Source: Bacteroidota bacterium
GTDB taxonomy: Bacteria; Bacteroidota; Bacteroidia; Bacteroidales; VadinHA17
Direction of reading: 5' to 3'
Assembly (NCBI GenBank): GCA_021816545.1
Contig: JAKAXP010000002.1
Location: 1 to 34,444, forward strand
DNA length: 34,444 nt
Positions 34,146-34,444 of the stretch are shown here, in pieces. Positions within the stretch are counted from its first letter, which is position 1, and each line of letters begins with the position of its first letter. Both the position numbers and the translations under genes were made by a program. Under the pieces are notes generated by a model, which saw only the letters and a list, made by a program, of their open reading frames with translations, had not been told where the DNA came from and searched no databases.

Positions 34146-34444
34146 ATGGCAAAATTGAATGAGACAGACAGCGGAACAGCAGTAAACCTTATAAGTCAGG
34201 GTACTGAAATCACAGGTGATGTTAAGTCAACCGGAGACATCAGGATTGACGGCGTTCTGAACGGCAACCTGATTACAAAGGGGAAAGTGGTCATCGGACC
34301 CACCGGCAGAATCAAGGGAGAGGTTGAATGCAAAAACTCCGAGGTATCAGGCCTGATAGAAGGTAAAATAACAGTTTCACAGCTGCTCAACCTTAAGGCC
34401 TCATCGAAGATTAACGGCACAATCATTACCGGCAAGCTCTCCAT
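34146..34444 (+). CDS. Bactofilin (polymer-forming cytoskeletal protein, DUF583), 3'-truncated by the window edge
   Basis: My own translation is MAKLNETDSGTAVNLISQGTEITGDVKSTGDIRIDGVLNGNLITKGKVVIGPTGRIKGEVECKNSEVSGLIEGKITVSQLLNLKASSKINGTIITGKLS. The repetitive G-x-[IV] beta-helix pattern is typical of bactofilins. It is absent from the ORF track because no stop codon falls within the window. Confidence 0.8.
   Translation, partial: MAKLNETDSGTAVNLISQGTEITGDVKSTGDIRIDGVLNGNLITKGKVVIGPTGRIKGEVECKNSEVSGLIEGKITVSQLLNLKASSKINGTIITGKLS

Noticed and set aside
34196-34444. An 82-aa minus-strand ORF at the window end
   Set aside because: It is antisense to a frame with clear bactofilin repeats, so the + strand frame is the real gene.
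1-34444. CRISPR arrays, tRNA/rRNA genes, IS elements, integrases, prophage genes, and UGA-recoded selenoprotein genes (searched for because selU is present)
   Set aside because: I found no spaced direct-repeat arrays, no tRNA-like T-arm or acceptor sequences in the spacers, and no transposase- or recombinase-like ORFs. No pair of adjacent same-frame ORFs is split by a single TGA. All spacers longer than 100 bp were read by eye.

Overview
This is a 34.4-kb chromosomal segment that looks Bacteroidota-like. Seven genes or operons are preceded by perfect matches to the Bacteroidetes sigma-A -7 box TAnnTTTG. BlaR1-TonB fusions and LytTR/LiaF-type modules fit the same assignment. I count 33 protein-coding genes (about 90% coding), two of them cut by the window edges. 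One of those, a bactofilin at the 3' end, is missing from the ORF track. I saw no rRNA, tRNA, CRISPR array, transposase or integrase.

Housekeeping blocks:
- rsgA and selU flank a hybrid sensor kinase, on the + strand.
- pepE, an asmA-like gene, a histidine kinase and a U32 peptidase form a minus-strand block.
- yceD, rpmF, plsX and fabH form a + strand block.

Accessory or regulatory modules worth a second look:
1. A TetR-headed operon encodes a LolA-like periplasmic protein, two MacB/LolC-type FtsX permeases, an ABC ATPase and a translationally coupled outer-membrane beta-barrel. It has Lol-like architecture with no membrane-fusion protein, and the family has no assigned function that I know of.
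2. A LiaI-like/LiaF-like membrane pair is wired to an intramembrane LytS-type kinase and a LytTR regulator.
3. A 528-aa protein has no signal peptide, carries four ~56-aa helical repeats, and ends in a GH16/ConA-like domain whose catalytic E-x-D-x-x-E reads H-V-N-V-C-R.
4. A hybrid sensor kinase has Phe in place of the phospho-acceptor His and degenerate G1/G2 boxes, but an intact C-terminal receiver.
5. Structured non-coding DNA includes a nested 56-bp dyad abutting the blaI promoter, two covarying palindromic repeats plus an ATGCAGnTA motif upstream of an ECF sigma gene, and 25-nt direct repeats upstream of tetR.

All product calls come from motifs I recognised by eye. No HMM or BLAST search was run. 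I found no clear-cut defence or mobile system; the exporter operon is my best candidate for an undescribed system.
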